A stretch of 64,000 nucleotides of DNA from Bdellovibrionota bacterium (GTDB lineage: Bacteria; Bdellovibrionota_C; UBA2361; JBIIDM01), in NCBI GenBank assembly GCA_044238365.1, contig JBIIDM010000002.1:390-64389 (forward strand). Direction: 5' to 3'. Under the pieces are notes generated by a model that made no database searches, had not been told where the DNA came from, and saw only the letters and a program-made list of their open reading frames with translations. The translations under genes and the position numbers were made by a program. Positions 19,801 to 29,108 of this stretch are shown here, piece after piece (position 1 is the first letter of the stretch; every line of letters starts with the position of its first letter).

Positions 19801-20264
19801 TCGTTAAACACATCATTCTTTGTATTTCCTAGTCCGCAGATGGTACGGGTAGTGGGCAAGTCGTCGGTTGTTCCATAGGGAAGGGCGATTCCTCGGCTGC
19901 TTAGAAATGATTCTACGCCCTGATAACGTGGCTTACCATCGACGTATCGCAGGTAATCATGATCATGTGTAAACGGAGCAAATTTTTCCGCTTCCGCTGT
20001 CGGATCTTTTTTTCTCTCTTCATCAAGGAATTCGTCAAACATCGCCTTCCAGGCGCTGCTGTGTAGAGAGGCTGTTTTCGTGATAACTCCATCAAGGTCG
20101 AAGATCACGGAATCAATATTTGGATGGACTCTTACACCGCTCTGAGTTTGCAAGCCCTTGTTGGTTTCAGAGGAATTGTTGGTTTCAGAGGAATTGTTGG
20201 TTTCAGAGGAATTGTTGGTTTCAGAGGGAACTGAGGATGATGGAGATTTCTTTGCGACGTTCAT
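16827..20264 (-). CDS. fused beta-phosphoglucomutase (HAD) / GH65-family glycoside phosphorylase
   Basis: N-terminal HAD motif VIFDLDGVIT..K..DADSG. Then GH65 N-domain LLTVGNGFLGTRGALEE, (alpha/alpha)6 catalytic domain and C-terminal beta-sandwich. The ATG at 20264 has a GAGGT RBS; the ORF-track start 20315 lacks one. Confidence 0.75.
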   Translation of the reverse strand: MNVAKKSPSSSVPSETNNSSETNNSSETNNSSETNKGLQTQSGVRVHPNIDSVIFDLDGVITKTASLHSSAWKAMFDEFLDEERKKDPTAEAEKFAPFTHDHDYLRYVDGKPRYQGVESFLSSRGIALPYGTTDDLPTTRTICGLGNTKNDVFNEILEKDGVEIFESTVEFAKQLKAAGIRIGVASSSKNCAQILKKTGLDELFETCIDGVVSVDRGLKGKPNPDIFLTACAELHSSPSRSVVVEDADSGVLAGQRGRFGLVLGIAREHNAAQLRSQGADIVIADMEEFSLALMVSWFTEGISTDSWRITYSDFDEKVERSRESLLTVGNGFLGTRGALEECNDNGKSYPGTYVAGLYNRLESKVGDRMTTNEDFVNAPNWLPVRFRAIPEITASNITIPWVDPSTSESLEIERWLDLKEGTLRKTMIVTDENNAKYRVVSSRIVSMSHRHLAALQYSITPLMSDAIIEIESRLDGSVFNNGVPRYQELSSQQLLPSTVRVDGDSLYLSTRTTQSQTEIVEVAQHRVTLNDFVSQAELGSSTIPVTWNQVDYANQAATSGRFAVNKGQTLTLEKFVGLATSNESASPDEAAISAVTAFKTFSELHHAHREAWNAIWEKVDVKVDGDRLAQKILRLHAYHLLATASPQSGGLDAAIPARGLHGEAYRGHIFWDEIFILPWYNLYFPEVTRACTRYRINRLDAARQYAKEHSYRGAMFPWQSGSDGIEETPTVHINPISGKWGPDYSSFQRHVSLAIAFNLWMYGEMTGDTSLIEREGTEIFFEICRFWVSRAEFSSATNRYHIRNVMGPNEFHEHAKNCPGGGLIDNGYTNMMTAWLLEAGTTLFNSIKNSSQELRTPGSLSGGSLSGEEVIERLGISAEEVQLWHTISSTLNLVIKDGVISHFDGFFDLLPLNFDEYRAKYGNISRMDRVLKSENKTPDQYQVSKQADTLMAFYVLGLKKVEDILRQLGYGEYVDAGLLRRNYEYYLPKTSHGSTLSKIVHADLAQLMGEEELCFDLYTEALYSDFKDVQGGTTGEGIHTGVMAASLWVALTRFAGVDFSGAILAFQPLLPKQWNSVAGSFTYKGNAISYTVTKETVTLKVISKDGAAYPVRIGSTVVNCISGETTTTAYEFGLDLGKGAEVEAA
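20161..20232 (+). repeat. 18-bp in-frame tandem repeat x3.7 (ttggtttcagaggaattg) encoding SETNNS repeats in the GH65 fusion N-terminus
   Basis: Three perfect units plus one diverged unit. The translated minus strand gives SETNNSSETNNSSETNNSSETNK. Confidence 0.85.
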
Positions 20265-20609
20265 AACTCTTTTGATACCTCGATTAAAAATATGATACCG
20301 GAACCACATTGTCAAAGGACGTCCACTTTAACGTACTTTGGACGGTTGTGCCCGAATGTCTTGTCGGTAAAGCATCGCTATTTACGTGCCCTTGATTCAG
20401 ATACCCAGTTCTCACGGCGGAAGATAGTAGATCAAAATGCGTCCGAAGGGCAAAGAGGTGTTCCCCTATTGAGAGAGGTTTGCTATGAGGGAAAGGTACA
20501 AGGAATATGGTAGGGGGTTGTATGGCGGGACCTGATTGTTTGGGGTCTCGTCTTTTTCGAATTGAGGTACAGGGAACACGTTGACTATATAGAAAGGTGT
20601 TGTATTAGA

Positions 20610-21323
20610 ATGTTTAATGATTTTACTGTGATAGGGCATCGTGGTGCCGCAGGGTTAGAAGCAGAAAATACGATAGAAAGTGTTCGCGCGGCAATCAAGT
20701 GTGGCGTGAGCTGGATCGAGTTCGATGTGCAGAGGGTTGAAGATTCTTTGGTAGTTATTCATGATGATCGCCTTGAGCGAACTACCGATGGTAGCGGTTG
20801 GACGTTACAGCACTCGTTATCGGAACTTCGCTTGCTTAGAGTGGGTGGAAATGGAAGGATCCCTTTATTGGAAGAAATTCTCTCAGAATGCCGTGGCAAG
20901 GTCGGCGTGAATATCGAAATCAAGAGCCCTGATTGTGCAGAGCTAGTTGGGACACTGTTGCATTCATACCAGTGGCCCGCCGACTCCGTCCTGGTTTCCT
21001 CTTTTCTGCACAGCGAGCTGGATAGATTCAGAGCACTCTTTGGACTCCACTATCACGTTGCTCCGATTATTAAGGGAGAGCTGGGTAACATTGGTGCTGT
21101 CTGCGGGGATCTCCGCCCAGTATGTCTCGTAAACGAGTATTCATGCCTGACGAAAAATTTTATCCGAAACGTCAAGGCTCTGGGGCTGGGAGTTTTAGCA
21201 TATACGGTCAATTATCCCGATAAAATGAGGGAACTGCTGGCGAACGGAGTGGACGGGGTATTCTCCGATTTTCCGGATCGATTGTTGGCGGCTAGTCCGG
21301 AATATGCACGAGCCGGTGCATAA
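20610..21323 (+). CDS. glycerophosphodiester phosphodiesterase (GDPD family)
   Basis: HRGAAGLEAENT..EFDVQ..HDDRLERTTDG catalytic motifs. ORF-track start 20562; the ATG at 20610 fits the family N-terminus. Confidence 0.85.
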   Translation: MFNDFTVIGHRGAAGLEAENTIESVRAAIKCGVSWIEFDVQRVEDSLVVIHDDRLERTTDGSGWTLQHSLSELRLLRVGGNGRIPLLEEILSECRGKVGVNIEIKSPDCAELVGTLLHSYQWPADSVLVSSFLHSELDRFRALFGLHYHVAPIIKGELGNIGAVCGDLRPVCLVNEYSCLTKNFIRNVKALGLGVLAYTVNYPDKMRELLANGVDGVFSDFPDRLLAASPEYARAGA

Positions 21324-21334
21324 TCCGGGCTAGG
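21306..21334 (-). repeat. REP-like half copy overlapping the GDPD stop codon
   Basis: gtgcataatccgggcta matches the reverse complement of 16767-16783 with one mismatch. Confidence 0.45.
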
Positions 21335-21375
21335 GCCGATATGTTTTTGTCGCGGGAATTTATGTGGAGATCATT

Positions 21376-22506
21376 ATGACTGAGCACGGGATTGTCCCAA
21401 AAAAGGGATCATGGCGCTCTATTTTGTTGTCGCTGTTTGTCACCATCTGTTTTATTGCCCTGCTCGGAGGGACGAAATTCTTTCAAATTCGTCAGGCAAT
21501 GGCGCAGCACGGAAACTTTCAGCCTCCCCCCGAGGGGGTCAGCGTGATCAAGGCGGCTGAGCAGGAATGGATACCGCTCTACCGAGTTGCTGGCACCATC
21601 AAAGCCGTGCAGGGCGTCTTGCTGCGTAATCAGGAAGCAGGAGTCGTCTCTGAGATGCTGTTTGAATCTGGTGTGCGTGTTGCTGAAGGAGAGGTTCTTG
21701 TAAAGTTCGATACCTCGGTCGAACGAGCGGAGCTGAAGTCGGCTCGTGCGAAACTTGAGTTGACCCGGACTGAGTTCGAGCGCGCTACAAAGTTGTGGGA
21801 GCAGAAGGCGACATCAAGATCGGCTGTTCAGAGTGCGATTTCTAACCGTGACCAGGCTGAAAGTGAGGTTACGCGCCTTGAAGCATTGATTGATCGGAAG
21901 GAGATAAAGGCTCCCTTTGGGGGGAGAGCAGGGATTCGGCAAATTGACAGGGGCGAGTACCTGTCACCGGGAGCTGCGTTAGTCGAGTTGCAGCAGGTTG
22001 ACCGCTTGTATGTTGATTTTGCTGTTCCATTGCGAGTATTTGCGCATGTGAGTGTGGGTGAAACTATTTCATTTGCACATGAGGGACTAAGGCGGAGCGC
22101 TCGCATAATCGGGATCGATCCTGCTGCTGACAAGGCGACGTTGACCGTAAATATTCGAGCACATGTTACTGGAGAAACTGGTCCGTTCATCCCCGGTATG
22201 TACGTGGGAGTAGATATTCCCAGCGAAGCGCCGTCGCAGGTGGTTGCGATTCCCATCACGGCAATCGCCTACGCACCATACGGCAACTCGGTTTTTGTTC
22301 TTAAGCGCAATGGGGAAAATGCAGTGGTTGAATCGCGAACCGTGCGATTAGGAATGGCAATTGCTGACAAGGTGCCGGTTCTAGAAGGTCTCAAACCGGG
22401 CGAAGAAATTGTGACTGCGGGTGCATTTAAATTACGTGATGGTGCATCGGTAACGGTAAATAATGACGTTCCGGCTGAATCAGACCCAGTGTTGCCTAAT
22501 ACTTAA
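21376..22506 (+). CDS. RND efflux periplasmic adaptor (membrane fusion protein, HlyD family)
   Basis: N-terminal TM anchor, coiled-coil hairpin, barrel-sandwich and beta-barrel regions. Immediately upstream of the RND pump. Confidence 0.85.
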   Translation: MTEHGIVPKKGSWRSILLSLFVTICFIALLGGTKFFQIRQAMAQHGNFQPPPEGVSVIKAAEQEWIPLYRVAGTIKAVQGVLLRNQEAGVVSEMLFESGVRVAEGEVLVKFDTSVERAELKSARAKLELTRTEFERATKLWEQKATSRSAVQSAISNRDQAESEVTRLEALIDRKEIKAPFGGRAGIRQIDRGEYLSPGAALVELQQVDRLYVDFAVPLRVFAHVSVGETISFAHEGLRRSARIIGIDPAADKATLTVNIRAHVTGETGPFIPGMYVGVDIPSEAPSQVVAIPITAIAYAPYGNSVFVLKRNGENAVVESRTVRLGMAIADKVPVLEGLKPGEEIVTAGAFKLRDGASVTVNNDVPAESDPVLPNT

Positions 22507-22521
22507 GGGGTCGTTTTTCTC

Positions 22522-25500
22522 ATGAGCTCCCAGGAATCAACTTCAAAATTTACCGACATCTTTATCAAAAGACCGGTTCTGGCGATTAGTATAAACCTCC
22601 TATTGCTCTTGGTAGGAGTGATTTCGCTTGCCAACCTGAACGTTCGACAATATCCGCAAAGCGATTTGGCGGTGGTAAAGGTAACAACAGCGTATGTTGG
22701 TGCTGACTCGAACCTAGTCAGGGGGTTCGTTACTACTCCGCTGGAGCGAGTCATCGCGAGTGCTGATGGGATTGATTATATAGAATCGTCCAGTGTCCAG
22801 GGGTTGAGTACTATATCTGCCCATCTCCGTTTAAATTACAATAGCAATGATGCGTTAAGTCAGATTCAGGCCAAGGTAGCGGAGGTAAGAAATGATCTTC
22901 CACCTGAAGCTGAAGCGCCAGCGATCACAGTTGAGACGAGTGATAACCGTTTTGCCAGCATTTACATGAGTTTCTATTCGGACTCAATGAAGCAAAATGA
23001 AATCACTGATTACCTTACTCGAATTGTGCAACCTCGCTTGTCATCGATTGAGGGAGTACAGAAAGCCGATATATTGGGAGGTCGAATCTTCTCAATGCGT
23101 ATCTGGTTGGATCCTATACGGCTAACGGCTCATGGGATGGATGGTGAAGAGGTACTTCGCGCCTTGCGGGCGAACAATTATTTATCCGCAATTGGTAATA
23201 CCAGGGGCGGCTTGAGTACTATGGGACTTACTGCGACAACAAATCTTAAATCAGTAGAGGAGTTCGAGCGACTGGTGGTTCGGTCGAGTGGCGTAAATGC
23301 TGTACGCCTTAAAGATATTGCCACCGTTGAGCTGGGTGCTCAAACCTACGATGAAGATGTCCGCTTTGACGGTGCCAAAGCGACTTTTATGGGTATCTGG
23401 GTGCTGCCAACGGCGAATTCGCTCGATGTTATTAAGCGGGTACGAAAAGAATTACCCGATATCGAACGCAGGTTGCCGCAAGGTATGAAGGTTTCGGTGC
23501 CTTATGATTCTACAAAATATATTGAGGATTCTTTATATGAAGTTGGGAAAACTCTCTTGGAGACGATCATTATCGTCATCATCGTCATATTCATCTTCAT
23601 TGGATCGGTAAGAGGAAGCATTATTCCTGTAGTTGTCATTCCGCTCTCGTTGATCGGAGGGGGAATCGTGATGTATGCTTTCGGATTTTCAATTAATTTA
23701 TTGACGTTACTCGCAATAGTTTTGTCAGTGGGACTGGTGGTTGATGATGCCATCGTGGTTCTTGAGAATATAGAACGGTACGTAAAGCAGGGCCTTGCTC
23801 CCATGGAGGCGGCGGTTAAAGGTGCTCGAGAGCTGGCACTACCAATTGTGGTTATGACCCTGACTCTGGCAACAGTCTATGCACCCATTGGCCTTCAAGG
23901 GGGGCTAACCGGCACCCTGTTTCGCGAGTTTGCCTTCACGCTGGCTGGTTCGGTCATAATGTCGGGGGTCGTGGCTTTGACGCTTTCTCCTGTCATGTGC
24001 GCTATTCTGCTTAAAAAGGGAAGACCCGAAAAGGAATCTAAGAAAACATATCTGGAGCGTGTGACTGGATGGTATGCTCGAAGAGTCGAGGGAGCGTTAC
24101 AATACAACTCGGCCATATTAACCGGAGCAGGGATTTTTTCGTTATGTGCTGTCCCATTCTTTGCCATGTCACTCTCAGAGCTGGCTCCAGTTGAAGATCA
24201 GGGGGTAGTGTTTGGCGTTGTTCAGGCAGCTCCCAATAGTGTGATTGACCAGACGTCACGCTATACCGAAGAGGTTTTTAAGAAATTTCGCGCTCTTCCT
24301 GAAACCGATCATATTTTTCAGTTAACAACGCCTTCCGGTGGTTTTTCTGGGATAGTGACAAAACCCTGGAGTGAGCGTACCCGCTCAACCAAGCAGCTGG
24401 CAGACCTGCTGTGGCCACAAATGGCATCGCTGGCCGGTATTCGGGTCATACCAATTGTACCAGCCCCATTACCCGGTGGTAGTGACTTTGCGGTCGAGAT
24501 GATAATTTCTACGCCCGGTGAAATCGAAGAGCTTATGGACGTTTCGCGGGGCTTGGTTCAGCAGGCATTTGCAAGTGGTGTGTTTATGTTTGCCGATGCT
24601 GACTTAAAATACGACCTCCCACAGGCCCAGATTATTCCGGACGCAGACGCTCTGTCGACCTTGGGTCTCGATATGGAAGCTGTCGGAAACAATCTTCGAT
24701 CGGTTCTGGGGGGGGATTATGTCGGGAGATTTGAAATTGCCGGTCGAAGTTATAAAGTAATTCCGCAGCTGGAGCGAAAGGCTCGATTGCAGCCAAGTGA
24801 CTTAGGCTCGCTTCCCATTGCAATCCGGAATAATGCTGCCATTCCCCTTGCTGCGGTGGCGACTGTGAAGGAGAGAGTGATACCGCGAGAGTTAAAGCGA
24901 TTTCAGCAGCTGAACGCAATAAGAATCACGGGTGCTATTCCTCCTGGGGTTACTGTTGATCAGGCGCTTTCAGTGCTGGAGGAGGGGGCTGCAAAAGCAC
25001 TTCCGAAGGGTGCAATAATTGATTATGCAGGTGAATCAAGACAGCTCCGAAAGGAGGGAAATGCGTTGTTGGGAAGCCTAGTAGTAGCATTCCTGCTGAT
25101 ATTTCTGGTACTGGCTGCGCAGTTCGAGAGTTTTTCGGACCCTTTGATTATTCTACTGGGGTCAGTTCCCTTGGCATTGGCGGGGAGCTTAATGTTTACC
25201 TTTCTTGGTTTTACGACCATCAATATTTATTCACAGGTTGGCCTTATAACCTTAGTTGGGCTGGTAGCAAAGAACGGGATTTTAATTGTAGAGTTTGCGA
25301 ATGAGCAACAGGCGCAGGGAGCTGTGAAGAGGGCAGCAATTCTAGCAGCAGTGACGACGCGTTTTCGCCCCGTATTAATGACAACGGCGGCCACGGTCCT
25401 CGGTCACTTCCCGTTGGTGATTGCTCATGGGGCAGGCTCTGCAGCGCGTAATAGTATCGGGATAACACTTGTGACGGGAATGATTGTTGGTACCATGTTT

Positions 25501-25560
25501 ACTCTGTTCGTGGTTCCCTCCCTCTACATGGTTATTGGTGGAAGGAGAGGAAATGCATGA
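22522..25560 (+). CDS. RND family efflux pump inner-membrane permease (AcrB/HAE1-like)
   Basis: 1012 aa, 12-TM architecture with two large periplasmic loops. Conserved GLVVDDAIVVLENIERY motif. Confidence 0.9.
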   Translation: MSSQESTSKFTDIFIKRPVLAISINLLLLLVGVISLANLNVRQYPQSDLAVVKVTTAYVGADSNLVRGFVTTPLERVIASADGIDYIESSSVQGLSTISAHLRLNYNSNDALSQIQAKVAEVRNDLPPEAEAPAITVETSDNRFASIYMSFYSDSMKQNEITDYLTRIVQPRLSSIEGVQKADILGGRIFSMRIWLDPIRLTAHGMDGEEVLRALRANNYLSAIGNTRGGLSTMGLTATTNLKSVEEFERLVVRSSGVNAVRLKDIATVELGAQTYDEDVRFDGAKATFMGIWVLPTANSLDVIKRVRKELPDIERRLPQGMKVSVPYDSTKYIEDSLYEVGKTLLETIIIVIIVIFIFIGSVRGSIIPVVVIPLSLIGGGIVMYAFGFSINLLTLLAIVLSVGLVVDDAIVVLENIERYVKQGLAPMEAAVKGARELALPIVVMTLTLATVYAPIGLQGGLTGTLFREFAFTLAGSVIMSGVVALTLSPVMCAILLKKGRPEKESKKTYLERVTGWYARRVEGALQYNSAILTGAGIFSLCAVPFFAMSLSELAPVEDQGVVFGVVQAAPNSVIDQTSRYTEEVFKKFRALPETDHIFQLTTPSGGFSGIVTKPWSERTRSTKQLADLLWPQMASLAGIRVIPIVPAPLPGGSDFAVEMIISTPGEIEELMDVSRGLVQQAFASGVFMFADADLKYDLPQAQIIPDADALSTLGLDMEAVGNNLRSVLGGDYVGRFEIAGRSYKVIPQLERKARLQPSDLGSLPIAIRNNAAIPLAAVATVKERVIPRELKRFQQLNAIRITGAIPPGVTVDQALSVLEEGAAKALPKGAIIDYAGESRQLRKEGNALLGSLVVAFLLIFLVLAAQFESFSDPLIILLGSVPLALAGSLMFTFLGFTTINIYSQVGLITLVGLVAKNGILIVEFANEQQAQGAVKRAAILAAVTTRFRPVLMTTAATVLGHFPLVIAHGAGSAARNSIGITLVTGMIVGTMFTLFVVPSLYMVIGGRRGNA

Positions 25561-27026
25561 ATAAGAAATTCGGGTTGTGTGCTCTTAGCCTGTTGTGCTC
25601 CTGCAGTGTTGGTCCAGATTATATTCGACCCAAGGATCGTGAGGTTCAGCTGAGAATACCTGATGCTGGGGTAACAGTGGGGCAGCATGACACCCGGACT
25701 CTTTTTTCCGTTTGTTTATCTGATAAGGTACAAGAAACGCTGGAGTGTGAGGACCCTTCGGTACAGGTTGTACGGTGGTGGGAATCGTTTAACGACGAAA
25801 CATTGAACCTCATTCTGCGTCGCGTCGCGGTTGAGAATCGAAGTGTTCATCGTATGGCAGCCTTGCTAGAAGTTTCGAAAGCGCAGAGGCGCCGGAGTAT
25901 ATCAGATTTTTTTCCTGGTATTTTGCCGAAGTATCTCCACAGTGAGCGTAAGTCAAGCGCCGCAAATGCACCGGGTTTGCCAGCTTCGGCCCTTACCAAC
26001 TCTTATGAGAGTGTTGGCGCGGACTTTGCGTGGGAAATTGACATTTTTGGTCGTCTGAGAAGGCAATATGAGGCCAATGAGGCTAGGAGTGAGAAGGCGA
26101 AAGCGGATGCTGATGGAGTATTGACGCTGGCATTAGCCGAGGCTGCTACCAACTATGCGGAATTTCGGAAGTACCAGCGTCAGGAGGAGATATTGAAGAA
26201 GACGCTTGCTTTACGGGAGGAGTCATTTAAAAAAATTGATGCCCTGGTATCGTTCGGCGAAAAGAGTTCTGTTGAGCGAGCTCAGGCGAAGGCTGATGTG
26301 GAAGCTGTTCGGGCCCGAATTCCACTTGCGCAATACGCCGCCGGAGCAAGTAAGGAACGGTTGGGTGTGCTGGCGGCAGGCTTGCCGATCGAGACTCGAA
26401 AGGGTCTTTCCATTATAGGTGCTGACTCACTGACCTATAATGGTTCGGTGGTCCTTGAAAATCCAAAATCTTTGTTACGGCGGCGGCCCGACGTTGTTGC
26501 AGCTGAACGTGAGTTAGCGGCCACTAATGCCGATGTTGGATTTGCTATCGCCGACTTTTTTCCCAGGGTAGATTTTGCCGGAAATTTCGGTTACGCGTCG
26601 CGTAGTATTTCTGATGTTGGTAAGGCTGTTGCTAAAACCTATTCGCTTGCTCCTCAAATCACCTGGGCGCTTCTCGACAATGGTCGAGTGCGCTCCGAAA
26701 TTGCCGGTCGTAAGGGATTAAAAAAGGCGCAGTTAGCAGCATATGAACAAGTTATTTTGCAGAGTTTAGAGGAGGCACAGAACTCACTGAGTCAGTTTGC
26801 CGCCCAACGGGAGCGGCTTATTGCGATGCGTGATCTCGTTAACAGCAGGAAGGAAATAGTGCGGGTTTACGAGGCGCAATATGATGCTGGGGCAGTTGAT
26901 TTATTGAGTGTTCTCGTTGTGCGTCGAGATCTTCTAGCGGCTGAATTGGATCTGGAAGATGCGCTTACTGATGTGGCAAAGGCGGTGATTACGATTTACC
27001 GGGCATTTGGTGGAGCATTGGCGTAG
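25557..27026 (+). CDS. RND efflux outer-membrane factor lipoprotein (NodT/OprM family)
   Basis: Lipobox LLCSCS. Two TolC-like repeats. Start overlaps the pump stop by 4 nt. Confidence 0.85.
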   Translation: MNKKFGLCALSLLCSCSVGPDYIRPKDREVQLRIPDAGVTVGQHDTRTLFSVCLSDKVQETLECEDPSVQVVRWWESFNDETLNLILRRVAVENRSVHRMAALLEVSKAQRRRSISDFFPGILPKYLHSERKSSAANAPGLPASALTNSYESVGADFAWEIDIFGRLRRQYEANEARSEKAKADADGVLTLALAEAATNYAEFRKYQRQEEILKKTLALREESFKKIDALVSFGEKSSVERAQAKADVEAVRARIPLAQYAAGASKERLGVLAAGLPIETRKGLSIIGADSLTYNGSVVLENPKSLLRRRPDVVAAERELAATNADVGFAIADFFPRVDFAGNFGYASRSISDVGKAVAKTYSLAPQITWALLDNGRVRSEIAGRKGLKKAQLAAYEQVILQSLEEAQNSLSQFAAQRERLIAMRDLVNSRKEIVRVYEAQYDAGAVDLLSVLVVRRDLLAAELDLEDALTDVAKAVITIYRAFGGALA

Positions 27027-27285
27027 GGCTCGTATGGAGGCTAGGGTGTAGAAGAAAAGGCAAGTGTCTTGCGACCGGCAGATCCTCTGCCCTGAATGTG
27101 ATACTGTCGCCTTAATTAATACATCATCGATTTCCTCGACCTTGAAAAATTACATCAGGGATAGTTTTATGGATGAGCAAAATAGGTTCCGCCATTCCGC
27201 TAAAGGGTTGAAGGCGTACGTTTTTTTGAGGCGACGGATAATTATTCGGATCGGCAACAAAATTGCACTGTAAGGTAATAACAAT

Positions 27286-27358
27286 GGGCGCTATAGGGCT
27301 CGAACCTATGACATCCAGCTTGTAAGGCTGGCGCTCTACCAACTGAGCTAAGCGCCCG
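27286..27358 (-). tRNA. tRNA-Val (TAC)
   Basis: Reverse complement GGGCGCTTAGCTCAGTTGGTAGAGCGCCAGCCTTACAAGCTGGATGTCATAGGTTCGAGCCCTATAGCGCCCA. Anticodon loop CTTACAA. Confidence 0.9.
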
Positions 27359-27493
27359 TAATTTTCGTGTTCTAAGCTAATAAACGAATTCTAATACTGT
27401 ATACTTAACGAAACAGTTTTTACTCTAAGTACCATGACCTTTGTCGCGGCTTATTTATTACAGCCATTCGACCATCACAAGGTCTGCAAGCAC

Positions 27494-27576
27494 TGGTGAG
27501 AATAGGATTCGAACCTATGTAGGCGTAAGCCAGCAGATTTACAGTCTGCCCCCTTTAGCCACTCGGGCACCTCACC
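27494..27576 (-). tRNA. tRNA-Tyr (GTA)
   Basis: Reverse complement GGTGAGGTGCCCGAGTGGCTAAAGGGGGCAGACTGTAAATCTGC...GGTTCGAATCCTATTCTCACCA with long variable arm. Anticodon loop ACTGTAAAT. Confidence 0.9.
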
Positions 27577-27639
27577 ACACAAAGAACAACAACACAACGG
27601 CTAACAATACAGTATCTAACCAAGAAACCAATTTATGAA

Positions 27640-27712
27640 AGCGGAAGACGAGGCTCGAACTCGCGACATTCAGCTTGGAAGGCTGACGCTCTACCAACTG
27701 AGCTACTTCCGC
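27640..27712 (-). tRNA. tRNA-Gly (TCC)
   Basis: Reverse complement GCGGAAGTAGCTCAGTTGGTAGAGCGTCAGCCTTCCAAGCTGAATGTCGCGAGTTCGAGCCTCGTCTTCCGCT. Anticodon loop CTTCCAA. Confidence 0.9.
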
Positions 27713-27758
27713 ACGCTAACTACATGGTTTCAAACCTAAAAAACATCGAAAATACACT

Positions 27759-27831
27759 AGCTGGCAAAGGGACTTGAACCCCCAACCGGCTGATTACAAA
27801 TCAGCTGCTCTACCAATTGAGCTACGCCAGC
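27759..27831 (-). tRNA. tRNA-Thr (TGT)
   Basis: Reverse complement GCTGGCGTAGCTCAATTGGTAGAGCAGCTGATTTGTAATCAGCCGGTTGGGGGTTCAAGTCCCTTTGCCAGCT. Anticodon loop TTTGTAA. Confidence 0.85.
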
Positions 27832-28058
27832 ACAACGTTGGGGGAGCCTAGTTCATTCGAGAACAATTGTAAACCGTTAGCAAGAAAAAATTATGCCATT
27901 TGCGAGCATTTAGGCTAATTCTGAAATTTCTATCGTAAACTAACCTCTAAAGGGGGCAGGCTAGAGAGGTTGTACACTAAAAAGTATGATTACTTTCCTC
28001 TCTGAGGTATACATTCGTTTCGGGATCGTGCATACTTTGCTGCCGCTTGGTTACATTT

Positions 28059-28131
<73 letters not shown>

Positions 28132-28414
28132 AATTTCGTTTATCTTACGGTTTCGCTTTACAGCAGTGGAAGGCATAGAAAGATTCTTTCGAAAACAGCG
28201 ATTTTCAGACTATGTAAATGTATTGTAACGCTAGGGTGTTTCAATACTCTGTCAGCCTGGAAAGTTCTTATTTTTGTAAAATCTAGACCATTGTCCCTCC
28301 TGTGTCCCTCCTGGAGATGCGTTAGTTAATCGAACCGTGCTAGGTTGTTAACGGTCCGATTATAAGTGAAATTCAACATGTTTAGTCCACTTTCTGGTGT
28401 CAGCTAGGCAATAT

Positions 28415-28487
28415 ACGCTCGTAGCTCAATTGGTAGAGCATCGGATTCCAAATCCGAGGGTTGGGGGTTCAAGTCCCTCCGGGCGTG
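28415..28487 (+). tRNA. tRNA-Trp (CCA)
   Basis: ACGCTCGTAGCTCAATTGGTAGAGCATCGGATTCCAAATCCGAGGGTTGGGGGTTCAAGTCCCTCCGGGCGTG. A1-U72 pair, anticodon loop TTCCAAA, discriminator G. Canonical position upstream of secE. Confidence 0.9.
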
Positions 28488-28580
28488 CATACCTTTAACG
28501 CTGGGTGGCGGATGGGGCCTGTGTTATATTCAGTATAATAATCGTGGTATGACGTTAATCGCGTTGAACTTAGGGTTAAT

Positions 28581-28904
28581 TTGCGGAGGATTGTGAAGGC
28601 TAAAGGAACAAAAAAATTTGAATCTTCCAAGAATGCATCGGGATCAGCGGAATCAATGGCTAGGGCCAGAGAGACCAAAGATATCGGGTCTACGGGTGGT
28701 GCGGCACGAGAGCGAGGTGTCCTAAAGAAAAGGGGATATTTGGCAGAAAGTGTTGCGGAGCTTAAGAAAGTTTCTTTTCCGACTAGGGAGGAGACCATAC
28801 GAACAAGCATTTGGACGGTAGTGTTTGTCTTGTTTTTCTCACTAGTCTTAGCGGTTTTTGATCTTTCATTTCAATACCTTATGAAGGCATTGTTAGCTCT
28901 CTGA
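28581..28904 (+). CDS. secE: preprotein translocase subunit SecE
   Basis: C-terminal single TM helix (TSIWTVVFVLFFSLVLAVF) preceded by a basic region. Position between tRNA-Trp and nusG. Start may be internal. Confidence 0.8.
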   Translation: MRRIVKAKGTKKFESSKNASGSAESMARARETKDIGSTGGAARERGVLKKRGYLAESVAELKKVSFPTREETIRTSIWTVVFVLFFSLVLAVFDLSFQYLMKALLAL

Positions 28905-29108
28905 AGCGGGTCATTCTGGTTTGGATCAGGACGTCGTCAGAAGCTGTAAAACAGGAAAATCTCGGGAAAATCGTCGAATTTTTTCTGGGTTTTCGGGATA
29001 TTTTTAAGGCAAAAAGCCCTTTTAATTTTCTGAAGCCCTTTCCTAACGTGTCATCCTTTGATATAGAAGCAAAACTTTTGTGTTTGAGGAGATGCCTTAC
29101 TCTTACTG

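Noticed and set aside
27064-27342. Two overlapping small ORFs (69 and 72 aa) between the efflux outer-membrane lipoprotein gene and tRNA-Val
   Set aside because: They overlap each other on opposite strands and run into the tRNA-Val gene. No RBS or family resemblance.
28132-28414. Expected tufB or rpmG copy in the tRNA-Thr to tRNA-Trp to secE region
   Set aside because: There is no ORF of any length with EF-Tu or L33 similarity in any frame. A single tuf after fusA is normal for many lineages. The 11-bp duplication tgtccctcctg x2 at about 28293-28314 is probably incidental.
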